DNA from: Octopus vulgaris
Taxonomy: Eukaryota
Length of the DNA stretch: 64,000 nucleotides
Assembly (NCBI GenBank): GCA_951406725.2
Contig: OX597825.1
Location: 67,270,001 to 67,334,000 of the forward strand
Direction of reading: 5' to 3'
Shown: piece after piece, positions 32,766 through 46,616 of the stretch
How the letters are laid out: each line of letters opens with the position of its first letter
Position numbering within the stretch: the stretch's first letter is position 1
Made by a program: the position numbers and the translations under genes
The notes under the pieces: model-generated
What the model was told of the DNA's origin: nothing
Seen by the model: only the letters and a program-made list of their open reading frames with translations
Databases searched by the model: none

Positions 32766-33479
32766 CGCAGAATAACCGCACTTCAATGGCTGAAACACGT
32801 ATAAAGGAATGAGATGAAATCTGGTATAAAATTAATCCGTTCTACTATAAGCACAAGGCCCGAAATTTGAGGGAGGGGCCTAGTCGATTACATTGACTCC
32901 AGTACTTGACTGGTACTTAATCCATCGACCGCCGAAAGGATGAAGAGGAAACCCGACCTCCACGGAATTTGAACTCAGAACGTAAGGACCGACGAAATGC
33001 CGCTAAACATTTTGCCCGGCGTGCTAACTATTTTGCCAGCTCACCACCTTCTGATATAGAAATGATACATTTACCACGAGCAAGCGGCATTAATAGAAAG
33101 CATCAAAAAATATTTGCAGCGGTACTCAAGAGACATGTCCTGTCAAATCACGTAAAAATTAATACAAGGAACTAAGAAACCCAATCAAATATAATCGACA
33201 AATTTCTGTCTTTAAAGAAGCCAACAAATATAAAACAGAGCTGAAATGACAGACAGTTAGGAAAACAAGAAGCATCAGCAGAAATTGCGAAAGTACTAAA
33301 GTCAAAGCTAAAGATTGAGCTGAGATTATGGAGTCATACTTTGGCACAAGTCTAACAAGTTCAGGGGACGAGTTAAATCGATTGCATCAACTTCAGTACT
33401 TAACTGGTATGTATTTCAGCGACCCCGAAAGTATGAAAGGCAGAGTCGGACTCTGCATAATTTGTACACTGAATGTTAC

Positions 33480-33780
33480 TACTCCGTCGGTTACGACGAC
33501 CAGGGATCCGATCAGTGGAACAGCCTGCTCGTGAAATTAATCTGCAAGTTGCCCGAGCACTCCACTGATACGTGATTCTGGAGGAGATTCAGCATGAGAC
33601 AGAGTGTGACAAAGTTTGCGCTTTGAAATACGGGTACTACTCATTTTTGCCAGCTGAGTGGACTGAAGCAACGTGAAATAAAGTGTCTTGCTCAAGGACA
33701 TAAGGGGTCGCCCTGAATTGAACTCATGACCTTACGATAGTGAGCTGAATCTCATAACCACTAAGCCACGCGACTTCACA
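33480..33780 (-). mobile_element. tRNA SINE family E
   Basis: Head at 33700-33780, tail ...CGTCGTAACCGACGGAGT. Confidence 0.8.
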
Positions 33781-33857
33781 CTCAGAAGGAAAGGCTGATC
33801 ATTTCGCCCGGCGTCTTAAGGATTCTGCTAGCGCGCCACCTTATTAGGCTGAAATAA

Positions 33858-34249
33858 TCTATATATATAAAGCTGAAGTTGTCTGTGTATGGCATGTTTG
33901 GTAGCCTTCAACTAACACTATCTCCTCCGAGACCCTGCGGCACAAGTTGACCAAAATTGAAAGTATGATAGAAGAAGGCTTGCTCTTCATTCCGTAGAAT
34001 ATAAAATTCAAATCGAACCATGTTAAGACCAAAAATTATTTACATCAAAAAGGTGCTTTTTTTTCTATGAAAATCCCTATTTTTTATGATTTCTTTACTG
34101 TTGTGTCGTCATTTTTCGGTGTATTTCAACCAGAAAAATGTTCACTTAAAGAGAATAACCAGCTACATAATGCCAAATTTTTTGCTTTTCAAAAATTCCA
34201 ATTCTACAGGGTCGAAACAAACCCGAGCAACGCCGGGCGATACTGCTAG
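33858..34249 (+). mobile_element. Complete non-autonomous Helitron
   Basis: 5' TC, 3' CTAG, subterminal hairpin CCCG-AGCAACGC-CGGG, inserted between A and T with no TSD. Confidence 0.85.
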
Positions 34250-34261
34250 TGTTATGATAAA

Positions 34262-34900
34262 GTTGGAATAGACATGGCTTCTAGATGGTCAGTGGCTGAA
34301 AAACCTGATTACGACAGAAGTAAACAAAGGAAATCTGCAGCCTTTCTTGAGAAATGCAAGATTACAAGCTGAGACTTGAGTGTAGCACGGGATCAAAGAT
34401 TCCTCACCGGGAACTACGAAAAGCATAGAGTGAAACAGGAATATAAAAAAAAACGAAGTGGTGTCAAAGTACACCAGAACAAGGCAGTCATATTCTTGGA
34501 CAGACCAGGAAAATATCTGCGTGTTGTTATCGAAGACATCCAGAAGTGCTTCCTATTTGAAGTATTGCTTTCAAAAGTCTTATCACTCGAAGAAACAGAG
34601 AAATAAAGATTTAAAAACTAGAAATAACCAGAATACAAAGACTGAAAACAGAAGCAGCTTCTATGACAATACGTGCCTTGGAAATGATAACAAATATTCA
34701 TACAAACATATAAGCAATATTGTAGAACTTCTAAAAATGCAAGACAGAGAGAAAGTAGCGTTACATAACTCAGAACACGAAATACATACAGCGCTGTGTA
34801 TACAACGTTGTTTCAAAACAAATAACTTCTCATTCACAGGGTCTGCATAGTTGCGTAGGTTATGCAATGAAATCACGCAATAATAACAAAACCGCTAAAT
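34262..34900 (+). pseudogene. Decayed Dong/R4-clade LINE 3' region
   Basis: QWL...LQAET...ARDQRFLTGNYEK (cf. AxQDQxLxTRNY), CFLFEV..EETEK, EKVALHNSEHEI; ends before (AAT)n. Confidence 0.6.
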
Positions 34901-35379
34901 AATAATAATAACAATGATTTCTTTTGTTCACTACAAACTAGCTGTTGTGGTCGGTAGAAAGTTGAAATACAGAGGAAAATAGCAAATAAGAAAGAGTTGT
35001 AATGTTTTAAGCGAATTCGAATGTGAAATGAAGTAAAGTATGAAAATGCATTAATAGATGAAAATAAGGGCCATAGGAATAACAACAAGAGCAACAACAA
35101 TAATAATAATAATAATGATCATTACTTATTTCTTGGCCACAAGGGTCATACACAAAACAAAGAGTCAAGACAAAAACACACAACAGTGAAGATTTACATA
35201 TAACACGTGTAAACAATATATTCAATAACGATTAATAACAAAACTATAAAAACCTCACACAGGGAAGGGCGATTAAGAAAGCTACTACTACTACGACGAC
35301 GACGACGACTACTATTACTACTAATATTGATAATAGTAATAATAATAATAATAATAATAATATTAATAATAATAATAAT

Positions 35380-35712
35380 AAAGGCTTCAAATTTTGCCGC
35401 AAGGGCAGCAGTTTTGTAGGAGGGGAATAGTCGATTACATCGACCCCAGTGTTCAACTAATAGTTACTTTATCGACCCTGAAAGGATGAAATATAAAGTC
35501 TACCTCGACCGAATTTGAACTCAGAACGTAGTGACGGGTGAAATACTGCTAAGCATTTCGTCCAGCGCGCTAACGATTCTGCCAGCTCGCCGATATGGTT
35601 GTGATGCATGTGCCTGGTGTACCTTTATCAGACAGGTAGTCATGATGGGTATATTGGGCTTCGTATATTTTACCCCAGTGTCACTTTGATGGCATGAACT
35701 GCTCTCTCACTC

Positions 35713-35760
<48 letters not shown>

Positions 35761-36150
35761 CCTTTCTACTGTAGGCACAAGGCCTGAAATTTGGGGGAAG
35801 GGATTAAGTCGAGTACAGTGACATCTATGCGTAATTTGTACTTATTTAATCGACCCTGAAAGGAAGAAAGACAAAGTCAACCTCGGCGGAATTTGAACCC
35901 AGAACATAGAGACGGAAGAAGAAGAAGAAGAAGAAGAAGAACAACAACAACAACAACAGCATCGACGACGCCGACAAAAACAACAAAAGTTTCAAATTTT
36001 GGCACAAGGCCAGCAATTTCGCGGGAGAGTGTAAGTCGATTACATCGGCCCCAGTACTCAGTCGGTACTTATTTTATCGACCCCAAAATGATGAAAGGCA
36101 AAGTTGACCCTGGCAGAATTTCAAAGCAGAACTTAGAGACGGACGAAATG
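35380..36150 (-). mobile_element. Cluster of three SINE A/B copies (- strand) plus a + strand 3' fragment of the (AAT)n-associated element (35594-35712)
   Basis: Reverse-complement core ATCGACCC.GAAAGGATGAAAGGCAAAGTCGACC. Confidence 0.8.
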
Positions 36151-36289
36151 CGAAGAAGAAGAAGAAGAAGAAGAAGAAGAAGAAGAAGAAGAAATAGCAT
36201 AGAGCAACGGTATAAAAAGCACTTAATACAGAACCTCTTTTAGATGTTATACTTCTTGTATAGTTCACTATACTTCGTTATAGATTTTA

Positions 36290-36930
36290 GTCGCGATATC
36301 ATTTTCTCTCCAAGACACCATTATATCTTTTCTATCACCCACTAGCATTCTTCTTTTTCCATCTTCTTTCTTTTTCTGTTTATTGATATTCCACGTATCC
36401 TGCAAGAGGTCGCATCTGTTGCAGATGTATTCGCAGCTGCTAAGAAATTGGTTAACAAATTCTTTTCTTGTAAGTTGTTGATGTTAATATGATTGATAAC
36501 TCTATTAAGTTTCTAATTCATTCTAAGTCTCTCTGCATTTGTGAAAGTCTTACCCGCACACCAGACACATTATTTTCATAATTTCAACTCTGTCTCTGTC
36601 ATTTGATCGTCTTCAAACTATCCATTATTATTGTATATAATACATCATTTTTTCCATGTTATTCCATTTTCTCTACAGTATCATACTTATCTTATTCTAT
36701 ATCGCTTTCATCATTTAGTCAATTCCATATTCAAAGCAATACTTCGCCTTATTCCTGCAAGCTCTAATTCACTGAAATATCTGTCGTTCCTAATCGCCTG
36801 GCTTGTTCTAAATTTCTTTATTCTCTTAAATCAAATAATCCTCTTTACTTCCACTCCTTATTCCGTTTGTATTCTTTTACTGAAGTTCCTTCTCAATTTA
36901 TTCATTTCCTTCGGTAGGAACATTCCATAA
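36290..36930 (-). pseudogene. Decayed RTE-like LINE C-terminal region
   Basis: Fragments ELK...WCAGKT..ERLRMN resembling EMxMLRWMCGxTxxDRIRN; many stops. Confidence 0.4.
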
Positions 36931-37141
36931 AAACCATACGCGTTTATATGCAGTGTTTGGTTGACAGTCGGGCAGAGCTGTCCATTTACGCTAACTCCTC
37001 CAGCAGGTGAACCTTCATTTTCACTTTCGGTTTTATTTCTGCCATTATATCGTCTAAATCTGTTTAGACGTATGAATTACGAAAAACAATGCGATAATGG
37101 TGGATTCATGATAATAATATATCGCATATCCTTTTTCGAGA

Positions 37142-37190
<49 letters not shown>

Positions 37191-37397
37191 CACCATCGGC
37201 AAAAACTAGATAGTTTCTTTCTCCTCACGAAGCATACGTATATTCCACCGGACGCTTACCCGGCATTTTTAAGTCTTCCCAGAAAGGAAGAAAGATAAAG
37301 TCAACCTCGGGGGAATTTGAACTCAGAACTTACCAACGGGCGAAACAATGCTAAGAAGTTCGTGCAGTGCGCTAACTAATCTGCCAGCTCGCCGCTT

Positions 37398-37428
<31 letters not shown>

Positions 37429-37559
37429 AAGAAGAAGAAGAAGAATCTATAACTCTGGACATGGGTCTAGAAGAAGTGTTGTCAACCGGACCCAGCTGAG
37501 TACAAGACACAAGGAAAACGACATTATTTTCCACACACGCACACACGCACAGAGTGAGA

Positions 37560-37800
37560 GTGAAGGCGCGTGACTTAGTGGTTATGGTGTTGGACCAATG
37601 ATCGTCAATTTGTGGTTTCGATTCCTGGACCCCGGCAACACGTTGTGTTCTTGAGCAAAACACTTCATTTTACCTTGCTTCAGCCCACTCAGCAGGTAAA
37701 AATGAGTAAATCCTGCGACGGATCGGCGTCCCGTCCAGTTGGGGTATATATAAGCCAAAGAAAGTGGAAACCGGTCCTATGATTCTATATGGCTCGGGAA
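37560..37800 (+). mobile_element. Chimeric tRNA SINE (head E plus tail D)
   Basis: Head like 32531; tail GCGACGGATCGGCGTCCCGTCCAG like family D. Confidence 0.7.
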
Positions 37801-38900
37801 AGAACTTCATTTCATTTACTTTTATACAGTGAGGAAAATGATTAATTCTCTCAAGGTGTTCTGGGGAAGAGGGAGAGAGAAAAAGGGAGAAAGAGAAAGG
37901 CTGGGAAGCGCTAGAAACGTGGAGAGCGAATGGGTATAATGTAACCGTATGGCTTCAAAAGAAGTGAGAGAAAGTCAAACAAAGGAAGTAACCAGATGAG
38001 GAGCTGACAAGAAATAATATAATCGTTTTAATATATTTTATGAGAGTTTGTTTTTTAATTACTGTGAGTAGTTTTGAGTTCAAATTCCGCCGAGGTCGAC
38101 TTTTCCATCCATCCATTCATTCGGGTTCGATAAATCAAGTACCTGTGAAACACTGAGATCGATGTAATCGACTAGTCCCCTCCCCCAAAATTTTAGGCTT
38201 CGTGCCTATAGTATAAATTATTATTACTGTGATTAGTAGTAGTAGTAGTCGTAGTAGCAGCAGCAGCAGTAGTAGTAGTACTAGTAGTAGTAGTAGTAGT
38301 AGTAGACGGCGAGCTAGCTGGCAGAGTAGTTACCGTAGCGGACCAAATGCTAAGCAGCATTTTTTACAGCTGTACGTCCTGAGTTCAAATTCCGCCGGAG
38401 TCGACTTTGTCATTTCCTAGTTTCGAGGTCTATAAACTAAGTACCAGTTGAATGCTGCAGTCGATGTTATCGATAACCCCCCACTTCTCCAAAATTTTAG
38501 GTCTTATGACAATAGTAAAAAGGATATATTATATATGTACATAGGCGTAAGTGTCTGGTAAGAGGTTTGCGTAACACCTTGAGCAAGTGTCTTCTACTAT
38601 AGCCTCGGGCTGACCAAAGCCTTGCGAGTGGAGTTGGTAGGCGGAAACTGAAAGAATCCTGTTGTATATATATATACATGTATATGTGTGTGTATTTGTC
38701 CCCCGTCACCGCTTCACAATCGGTGTTGCTGTATTAACGTCCCCGTAACTTAGCGGTTCGGCATAAGTGACCGATAGTATACGTACCAGGCTTTACAAAA
38801 ATAATATGTACTGGGCTGATAGTTACGATTAAAATTCTTCAAGACGGTTCCCTAGAATAGCCGCCATGTAATAACAGAAAGAAGCAACAGATGATACATA

Positions 38901-39299
38901 TACTCTTTTACTTGTTTCAGTCATTTGACTGCGGCCATGCTGGAGTACCGCCTTTAATCGAGCAACTCGACCCCGGGACTTATTCTTTTGTAAGCCCAGT
39001 ACTTATTCTATCGGTCTCTTTTGCCGAACTGCTAAGTAACGGGGACATAAACACACCAGCATGGGTTGTCAAGCAATGCTAGGGGGACAAACACAGACAC
39101 ACAAACACACACACGCATATATATATACATATATACGACGGGCTTCTTTCAGTTTCCGTCTACAAAATCCACTCACAAAGCTTTGGTCGGCCCGAGGCTA
39201 TAGTAGAGGACATTTGCCCAAGGTGCCACGCAGTGGGACTGAACCCGGACTCATGTGGTTGGTAAACAAGCTACTTACCACACAGCCACTCCTGCGCCT
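38901..39299 (-). mobile_element. Full-length SINE family C with CR1-type tail, in TA context
   Basis: Reverse complement of 45418-45853; TA on both flanks. Confidence 0.9.
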
Positions 39300-39820
39300 A
39301 TATATATATAATGTACGTGATAATGTACGTGTGTGTGTGTATTCACCTACTTGGATTATTTGCTTACTTAATAAAAATGTTATAAAAAATATAACCAAAA
39401 CGAACGGAAAAAATGTATGCAATTGATAAGATATTTTATCAGTAATCAAATATTTAAGTCAAAATTTTGGTATTTTCACATTAATTACCGCTTTTCTTCC
39501 GTCACATATATTTATTTAATCAAAAACCAGTATACCTGCTTTTTTCTGTATATTTCATCTTGTGTTATGCACATGTAGATTTCATAAAAAGTTTTTTTTT
39601 TTTTTTATTTGTCGTTATTCTATCTCAATATTTTTATCCTCCGCACGATTTTACTGTTAGATATTTGCATGTTATATAACTGCTACACTGATTCATGCTT
39701 AACACTGTTCCATGCATTCTTGTTTACTTTTCACACATCTATCTATTTTATAATTTGTATTTATTTTCCAATCTACAGTTTAGATATTTCTTTGTTTATA
39801 ACCTCCCAACTGGAGAGAGT

Positions 39821-40445
39821 GGATCTTTTCCTTTTGAACGGCAGATGTCAACACAATTTCTAGTTAACTAAATACTTTTAAACTTCGTATACTGGTAGAA
39901 TGTGTTTATAAAACATCATTTTCTCTTGGTTTTATTGAGAAAATTCTATAGTTTGTAAGGTATTTCGTCTGAAAATCCGAGCATTTCGGCAATTTTAACC
40001 AATCGATTACCTCCATTCAACTAAAATCATTTGCTGCGTCTAAAACTGAGACAACATCCTGTAACTAACCCTAAACCTCCCCACTAACCTTAATTTTTTT
40101 TCTTAATTGTTAAATTAATTTAATTCCATTGCTTTAGTTTTTACACGCGTAACAATTAAATTAATTTAACAATTAAGAAAAAAAAAAATTAGGGTTAGTG
40201 TTAGGGAGGTTTAGGGTTAGTTACAGGATGTTGTCTCAGTTTTAGACGCAGCAAATGATTTTAGCTCAAAAGAGAGCATAGGATTGGTTAAAATTCGGAA
40301 ACTTAAACTACGTTAAACAAATTACAATTTTCTCAAGAAAGCCAAGAGAAAAAAATGTTTTATTTTGACACATTCTACCAGTATACGAAGTTTTAACGTG
40401 TTTACTTAACTAGAAATTGTCTGCCGTTCAAAAGGAAAAGATCCG
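39821..40445. mobile_element. Fold-back MITE with ~300-bp inverted arms
   Basis: GGATCTTTTCCTTTTGAACGGCAGA ... TCTGCCGTTCAAAAGGAAAAGATCC; candidate 8-bp TSD GAGAGAGT/GAAAGAGT. Confidence 0.85.
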
Positions 40446-40699
40446 AAAGAGTTTCTGACTTTATGTTTTGAGAATATCTCAAGATTTAAGAAGTGTCGAG
40501 TTTCATTTGCAGTCAGTTACCCTGTTTATGTGCCATGTTTTCTTGTAATATCCAAAGCAAACACACACAAAAACACATGGATACTTCATCTGGTGTCTGC
40601 TAGCGTTATGTGCCATCTACATCGAGAATGGGTAACATCAAATTTCGAGTATGCAACGACGACATGAATCTTCGAAGACAGTTGCTTCTATTGATGCAG

Positions 40700-40785
40700 T
40701 AATAGTAGTAGTAGTAGTAGTAGTAGTAATGGTGGTGGTGGTGTGGTGTTGGTGGTGGTGGTGGTGGTGGTCGTCGTCGTCGGTG

Positions 40786-40817
<32 letters not shown>

Positions 40818-40824
40818 GGTGGTC

Positions 40825-40878
<54 letters not shown>

Positions 40879-40940
40879 CTGGTGCTGGTGCTGGTGGTGG
40901 TCATCGTCGTCGTGGTAGTAGTAGTAGTAGTAGCAGTAGC

Positions 40941-40974
<34 letters not shown>

Positions 40975-41036
40975 TTGGTGGTGGTCGTCGTCGTCGTCGT
41001 CGCCGTTGTGGTCGTGGTAGTAGTAGTAGTAGTAGT
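40700..41036. repeat. Mixed (GTA/GTG/GTC)n microsatellite
   Basis: Direct reading. Confidence 0.9.
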
Positions 41037-42320
41037 TATGCAGCAATATGACAGAATATTTAGCATGCTTGTCAGAATTTTTTTTTCTTTGTCCGTCTTT
41101 ACGTTCTGAGTGCAGATACCACCGAGATCCACGTTGCCTTTCATCCTTTCGAAGTCGGTAAAATGTAGTAACATTTGATCCCTGGCGTGAATGTAATCGA
41201 CTTATCGCTCCCATAAACTTTCCTGCCTTGTGCTTCTTGTAGTAACATTTAGTATTATTATTACAGTGAAACTGATCTAAATCTATACATTCTGTGTTAA
41301 ATAATCCATATTATTCCGTTATCTTCCTCCATTACTTAATATTCAACAACTGTTGTCGCGTCACCATCAAAATCGTTCATTAGTCATGAGACTTCCAGCA
41401 GGAAGCCATTTTTGATATTAACGGTGTTACCTTCGCTTTTCTAGATTAGATTAGTGAGCGTTTATTAAATTTTATTACGCTTCCACGTGAACTATAACAG
41501 ATTGTCTTCCATCATATTTTCCTGTAATCATATTCTTAATGCAAAATTTCTCACCTTTCATGCTCCACCAGCTTTTATATCCCGGACGCTTTCCGTTTGT
41601 ATTTGGCCGGCTCCGCAAAAAATGAACAACTTTCAGTTCCATTTATCGTCTTACGGAATTATTATTTAATCTTCTGCTGTTGTCTGTAAACTTCCAACGT
41701 GAAATTTATAGTAATTTTCTAATTATTTCAGTAGGTTTTTCCCCATCTGCTCGTCGTAAAATCAATCTGTCCGTGTTCAGTTTGAGTGGCAATCTATAAA
41801 TGCCGCTCGTCTACCTATTCATATATGTTCTCCATCAGATTTAATATTCTGCCTAATAAATAGTACAAGGAATGTATTAGTGTCAAATATATTATTCAAG
41901 CAGATTAGATATGACGGCAGTAAAAAAAAACAAAAACAAATGTTTGCCGATCTCAAGTAGTTTTCAGTAATATATAATTTAAAAGGCATTTATTCATGAA
42001 CATTTCTATATTTTGGCTTTATATAATTCGTCCATCATGTAATATATATACATGTGTGGTTTTATTATATTCGTAGTGGTATTTATACATTTAGTTGCAG
42101 CCGCGTTTACCAACACACTCAGCCCAGCTCTTGCGTTGGTATTCACATTTTGTATGATAGGTATAGACATGGTTCTGTGATTAACATCGCTGTACCTACG
42201 GGTTCGTTACCTCAAAGCGGTTACTTGTGCAATTGTCTTCTGCAACAGCCAAGGGTCAACTAAGTTCAGCTCTTCTACGAGAATTTGGTAAAGAGATTAT
42301 GTGTAGAAACCCTGCAGGAG

Positions 42321-42461
42321 TGGCACAGGAGTGGTTGTGTGGTAAGGAGCTTGATTCCCGATTGTAGGGTTCCGGGTTCAATCACACTGCGTGGTACCTT
42401 GGGGAGAGTGTCTTCCACTATAGTGTTTTGAGTGGATTTGGTAGACGGAAAGAAGCCCGTC

Positions 42462-42499
<38 letters not shown>

Positions 42500-42710
42500 A
42501 GAATTTACGAAAAAAAACAAAAGACGAAGACAGGTGGTGTACAAAACAAACAGCTGTATAAGTATAACGCTCAGGAATAGAAAAAGTCTTTTACGTTTCG
42601 AGCCTACGCTCTTCTACAGAAAGGGACACAGAAACTAACAAGGAGAGAAACAAGGAGAGAAAAAAGGGGAGAAAAAGAAGTGTGCAGTGGCTAACGATCT
42701 ATAATGGCGA

Positions 42711-42771
<61 letters not shown>

Positions 42772-42778
42772 AATATAT

Positions 42779-42858
<80 letters not shown>

Positions 42859-43054
42859 GTACTTGTGTGTCTGTGTTTGTCCCTCCACCATAAGTTGATA
42901 ACCGATGTTGGTGTGTTTACGTCACCTAACTTCGAGGTTTGTCAAAAGTGACCGATAGACTAAGTACTAAGTTTACAAGAAATATATCGTGGGGTCGACA
43001 AAAGGCGGTGCTCCAGCTTGGCCGCAGTGAAATGACTGACTGAAACAACTAAAA

Positions 43055-43057
<3 letters not shown>
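42321..43057 (+). mobile_element. SINE family C interrupted in its internal (TA)n by a hammerhead-like element
   Basis: Head 42321-42462, insert 42497-42712, tail 42860-43057. Confidence 0.8.
42497..42712 (-). mobile_element. CUGU-core hammerhead-like element
   Basis: Reverse complement of 42586-42627 is GTCCCTTT CTGTAGA A GAGC-gtag-GCTC GAAA CGTA AAAGAC; (TA)n on both sides. Confidence 0.65.
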
Positions 43058-43099
<42 letters not shown>

Positions 43100-43120
43100 G
43101 TATGTATATATATATATATG

Positions 43121-43156
<36 letters not shown>

Positions 43157-43182
43157 TATGTATATATATATATGTATATATG

Positions 43183-43311
<129 letters not shown>

Positions 43312-43320
43312 GTATATATA

Positions 43321-43414
<94 letters not shown>

Positions 43415-43415
43415 G

Positions 43416-43530
<115 letters not shown>

Positions 43531-43567
43531 TATATATATATATATATATATGTATTTATATATATAA

Positions 43568-43765
43568 CGGAAAGGTTTACGAAAATAAACAAGAGACGAA
43601 GGCAGGTGGAGTACAAACAAACAAATGTATTAATATGGCGCTCAGGAATAGATTTAGGACAAGTCTTTTACGTTTCGAGCCTACGCTCTTCGACAGAAAG
43701 ATACACAGAAAAAAACAAGGAGAGAAAAAATTGCGTGTAGGACCTAACGATCTATCATGGCGTCC
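43568..43765 (-). mobile_element. CUGU-core hammerhead-like element
   Basis: Reverse complement of 43663-43700 is CTTT CTGTCGA A GAGC-gtag-GCTC GAAA CGTA AAAGAC. Confidence 0.65.
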
Positions 43766-44999
43766 TGATTCATTTCGTCCTTAGATTACCGGTTCTTGAG
43801 ATAGAGAATGTAAGAATAATTTCCAAACTAAAAGATCCCTTCAAATAAAGCCTGCAAATCTGTGCACTAAACATGGCAGCAAAGTGTGTCTACAACAAGA
43901 AAAGCTATAACAGACGGATAGAGTTCCCATTCCTTCAGACCTTCTGGAAATATTGGCTTGAAATCGGCTTGGCATCGGCCCCAATGTTCAAATAGTGCTT
44001 ATTTTATTGACTGCTATAGGTTGAAAGGCGAAGTCGATCTCGGCAGCATTTGAACTCAAGACGTGAAGACAGAAAAAATGTCGCGACGCAATTTGCCCGA
44101 CGAGCTAACGATTCAGCCAGATCGCTGTCTTAGTAATCTTCTGGAAATATTAACTACGATATAAAATGGCGAGTTGGCAGAATTGTTAGCACGACGGGAA
44201 AAATGCTTGGCAGTTTTTCGTTTAGGTGTTGAGTTCAAATTGGACAAAATCCCTACCAGTCAAAATACCCCAGCAGTCAACATCTCCCGAGATGTTGTTC
44301 TCTCTTTACAATAAAACTATTTTAGGAAAGTGAAATTTTATAAAAAAATATATCCTATTAGTTTGATAATTTTGTTTGAAATTTGTCCGAGAAAATTTCG
44401 TTCTCGAGGGATTTTGTCTTGATCCCGTTCAAATTTCACCGAAGTTGACTTTATCTTTCGTTTTCCAGTTTTTTTTTTTAATAAGTACAAGTTGAACACT
44501 GCGGTCGGTGTAACTGACTTACACCTTTCCCCGAAATTGTTAGCCGTGTGCCAAAATTTGAAATCCATATTAAAAATACGACAGAAAATGTAATATATTA
44601 AGGTACGCGTTTCACATAAGGGCGGCGGGACACGTCCCTTCGCAAATACATTCGCTATTGAAAGTAACGCAAAGCAATTGACGAGCAGAGAAATTTATTC
44701 CTGTAGAAACAGGTGTCCTTGTCTGTTCCCTTATCTCCAGATTTTATGCCTACCACGTTCATTCATGGCATGTCAACAGAAGGACATTATTAGTTCTTGA
44801 AATCAACTTATTTCTTAAATAGAGCGGATCTCATTTGGCATTTGGCATTTGGTAATTATGGCAAACAAGTAGGAGGCTTAATAAGTAAAGAATTTATATT
44901 GCATGGCATCTGACACACAGACTCATTTTTGTTGTTCATATACGTGCCACTTGCCTCTCTGAAATATTTTTCTTCTCTCTCTCTCTCCATTTCTCTCTA

Positions 45000-45039
<40 letters not shown>

Positions 45040-45379
45040 TCACACATACACACACACATATATAAATACTTTTTTACTCTTTTACTTGTTTCAGTCATGT
45101 GACTGTGGCCACGCTGGAGCACCGCCTTTTTATTCGAGCAAATCGACCCCATGGCTTATTCTTTGTAAGCCTAGTACTTATTCTATCGGTGTATTTTGCC
45201 GAACCGCTAAGTTGTTTGAAAAAATGTGCGTTTCCATGTTTTTGTTTTTATGTTTTGTTTCTGATTGTGTTCAACGGTTTTTTGATGTCCTGTACCCACA
45301 TAAGCATATTTATATACATATAAATGTAGGTATGTACATATATGTAGGTATATATGCATATATTTATATATATATACAT

Positions 45380-45417
<38 letters not shown>

Positions 45418-45420
<3 letters not shown>

Positions 45421-45585
45421 AGTGGCTGTGTGGTAAGTAGCTTGTTTACCAACCGCCTGGTTCCGGGTTCAGTCTCGCTGCGTGGCACCTTGGGCAAGTG
45501 TCTTCTACTATAGTCTCGGGCTGACCAAAGCCTTGTGAGTGGATTTGGTAGACGGAAACTGAAAGAAGCCCGTCGTATATATGTG

Positions 45586-45620
<35 letters not shown>

Positions 45621-45853
45621 TTGCGTGTATGTTTGTATGTCTGTGTTTGTCCCCCTAGCATTGCTTGAAAACCGATGCTGGCGTGTTTGCGTCCCCGTCA
45701 CTTAGCGGTTCGGCAAAAGAGACCGATAGAATAAGTACTGGGCTTACAAAGAATAAGTCCCGGGGTCGAGTTCCTCGATTAAAAAAAAAGGCGGTGCTCC
45801 AGCATGGCCGCAGTCAAATGACTGAAACAAGTAAAAGAGTAAAAGAGTAAAGA
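45418..45853 (+). mobile_element. Near full-length SINE family C with CR1-type tail, in (TA)n
   Basis: tRNA-like head (TGGCTGTGTGG, GGTTCAGTC), internal TA/TG microsatellite, tail GGCGGTGCTCCAGCATGGCCGCAGTCAAATGACTGAAACAA(GTAAAAGA)n. Confidence 0.9.
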
Positions 45854-46289
45854 GTATATATGGATAAAAATTTACCTCTGCAAATGTTTACCGCGTACAT
45901 ACGAGTGTGAAGAGCCATGATAAGATGAATCGAGGAGAAGAAAAATTTAACCCAGGATTATTGATCTCAATAAATGTTTATTAAGATTTATGTAATAAAT
46001 ATGTTAAGATGGATTCTGACACGGTTATTTTTTTATGCACAATTATTGCTTTTATTTCTATGACACACGCACACACACACACACATACACACACATACAC
46101 ACATGAGCGCATAAAACGTTCTCTGTCTCCAATTTATGCTTTTTCTACTCCGTTATCACAGTGTTGCAAACAAGCTAAATCGCTCTTCACATCCGCTCGC
46201 ACGTCTGCACACGTGTAGGAAAACACACACACACACACATACACACACACAAATGTATATATAGATATAGATACACGTGTATGTATATA

Positions 46290-46351
<62 letters not shown>

Positions 46352-46616
46352 AACACAGTTGACTCTGCATATGCAAGTATAAATGACTATATAAAAGGTA
46401 TTAATTGTATGTTTATATACATATGAACACACACACATACGTACATATATATATATATCTGTATATATACATATATATATATATATACACACATACACAC
46501 ACACATAGACATAGACGTACGCGAATACACACGAATATATGTGTGTGTGCATATTTATGTATGTATGTAAATATGAGAATATATTTAGTTCTCATGGATA
46601 AGGATGTATATATATG

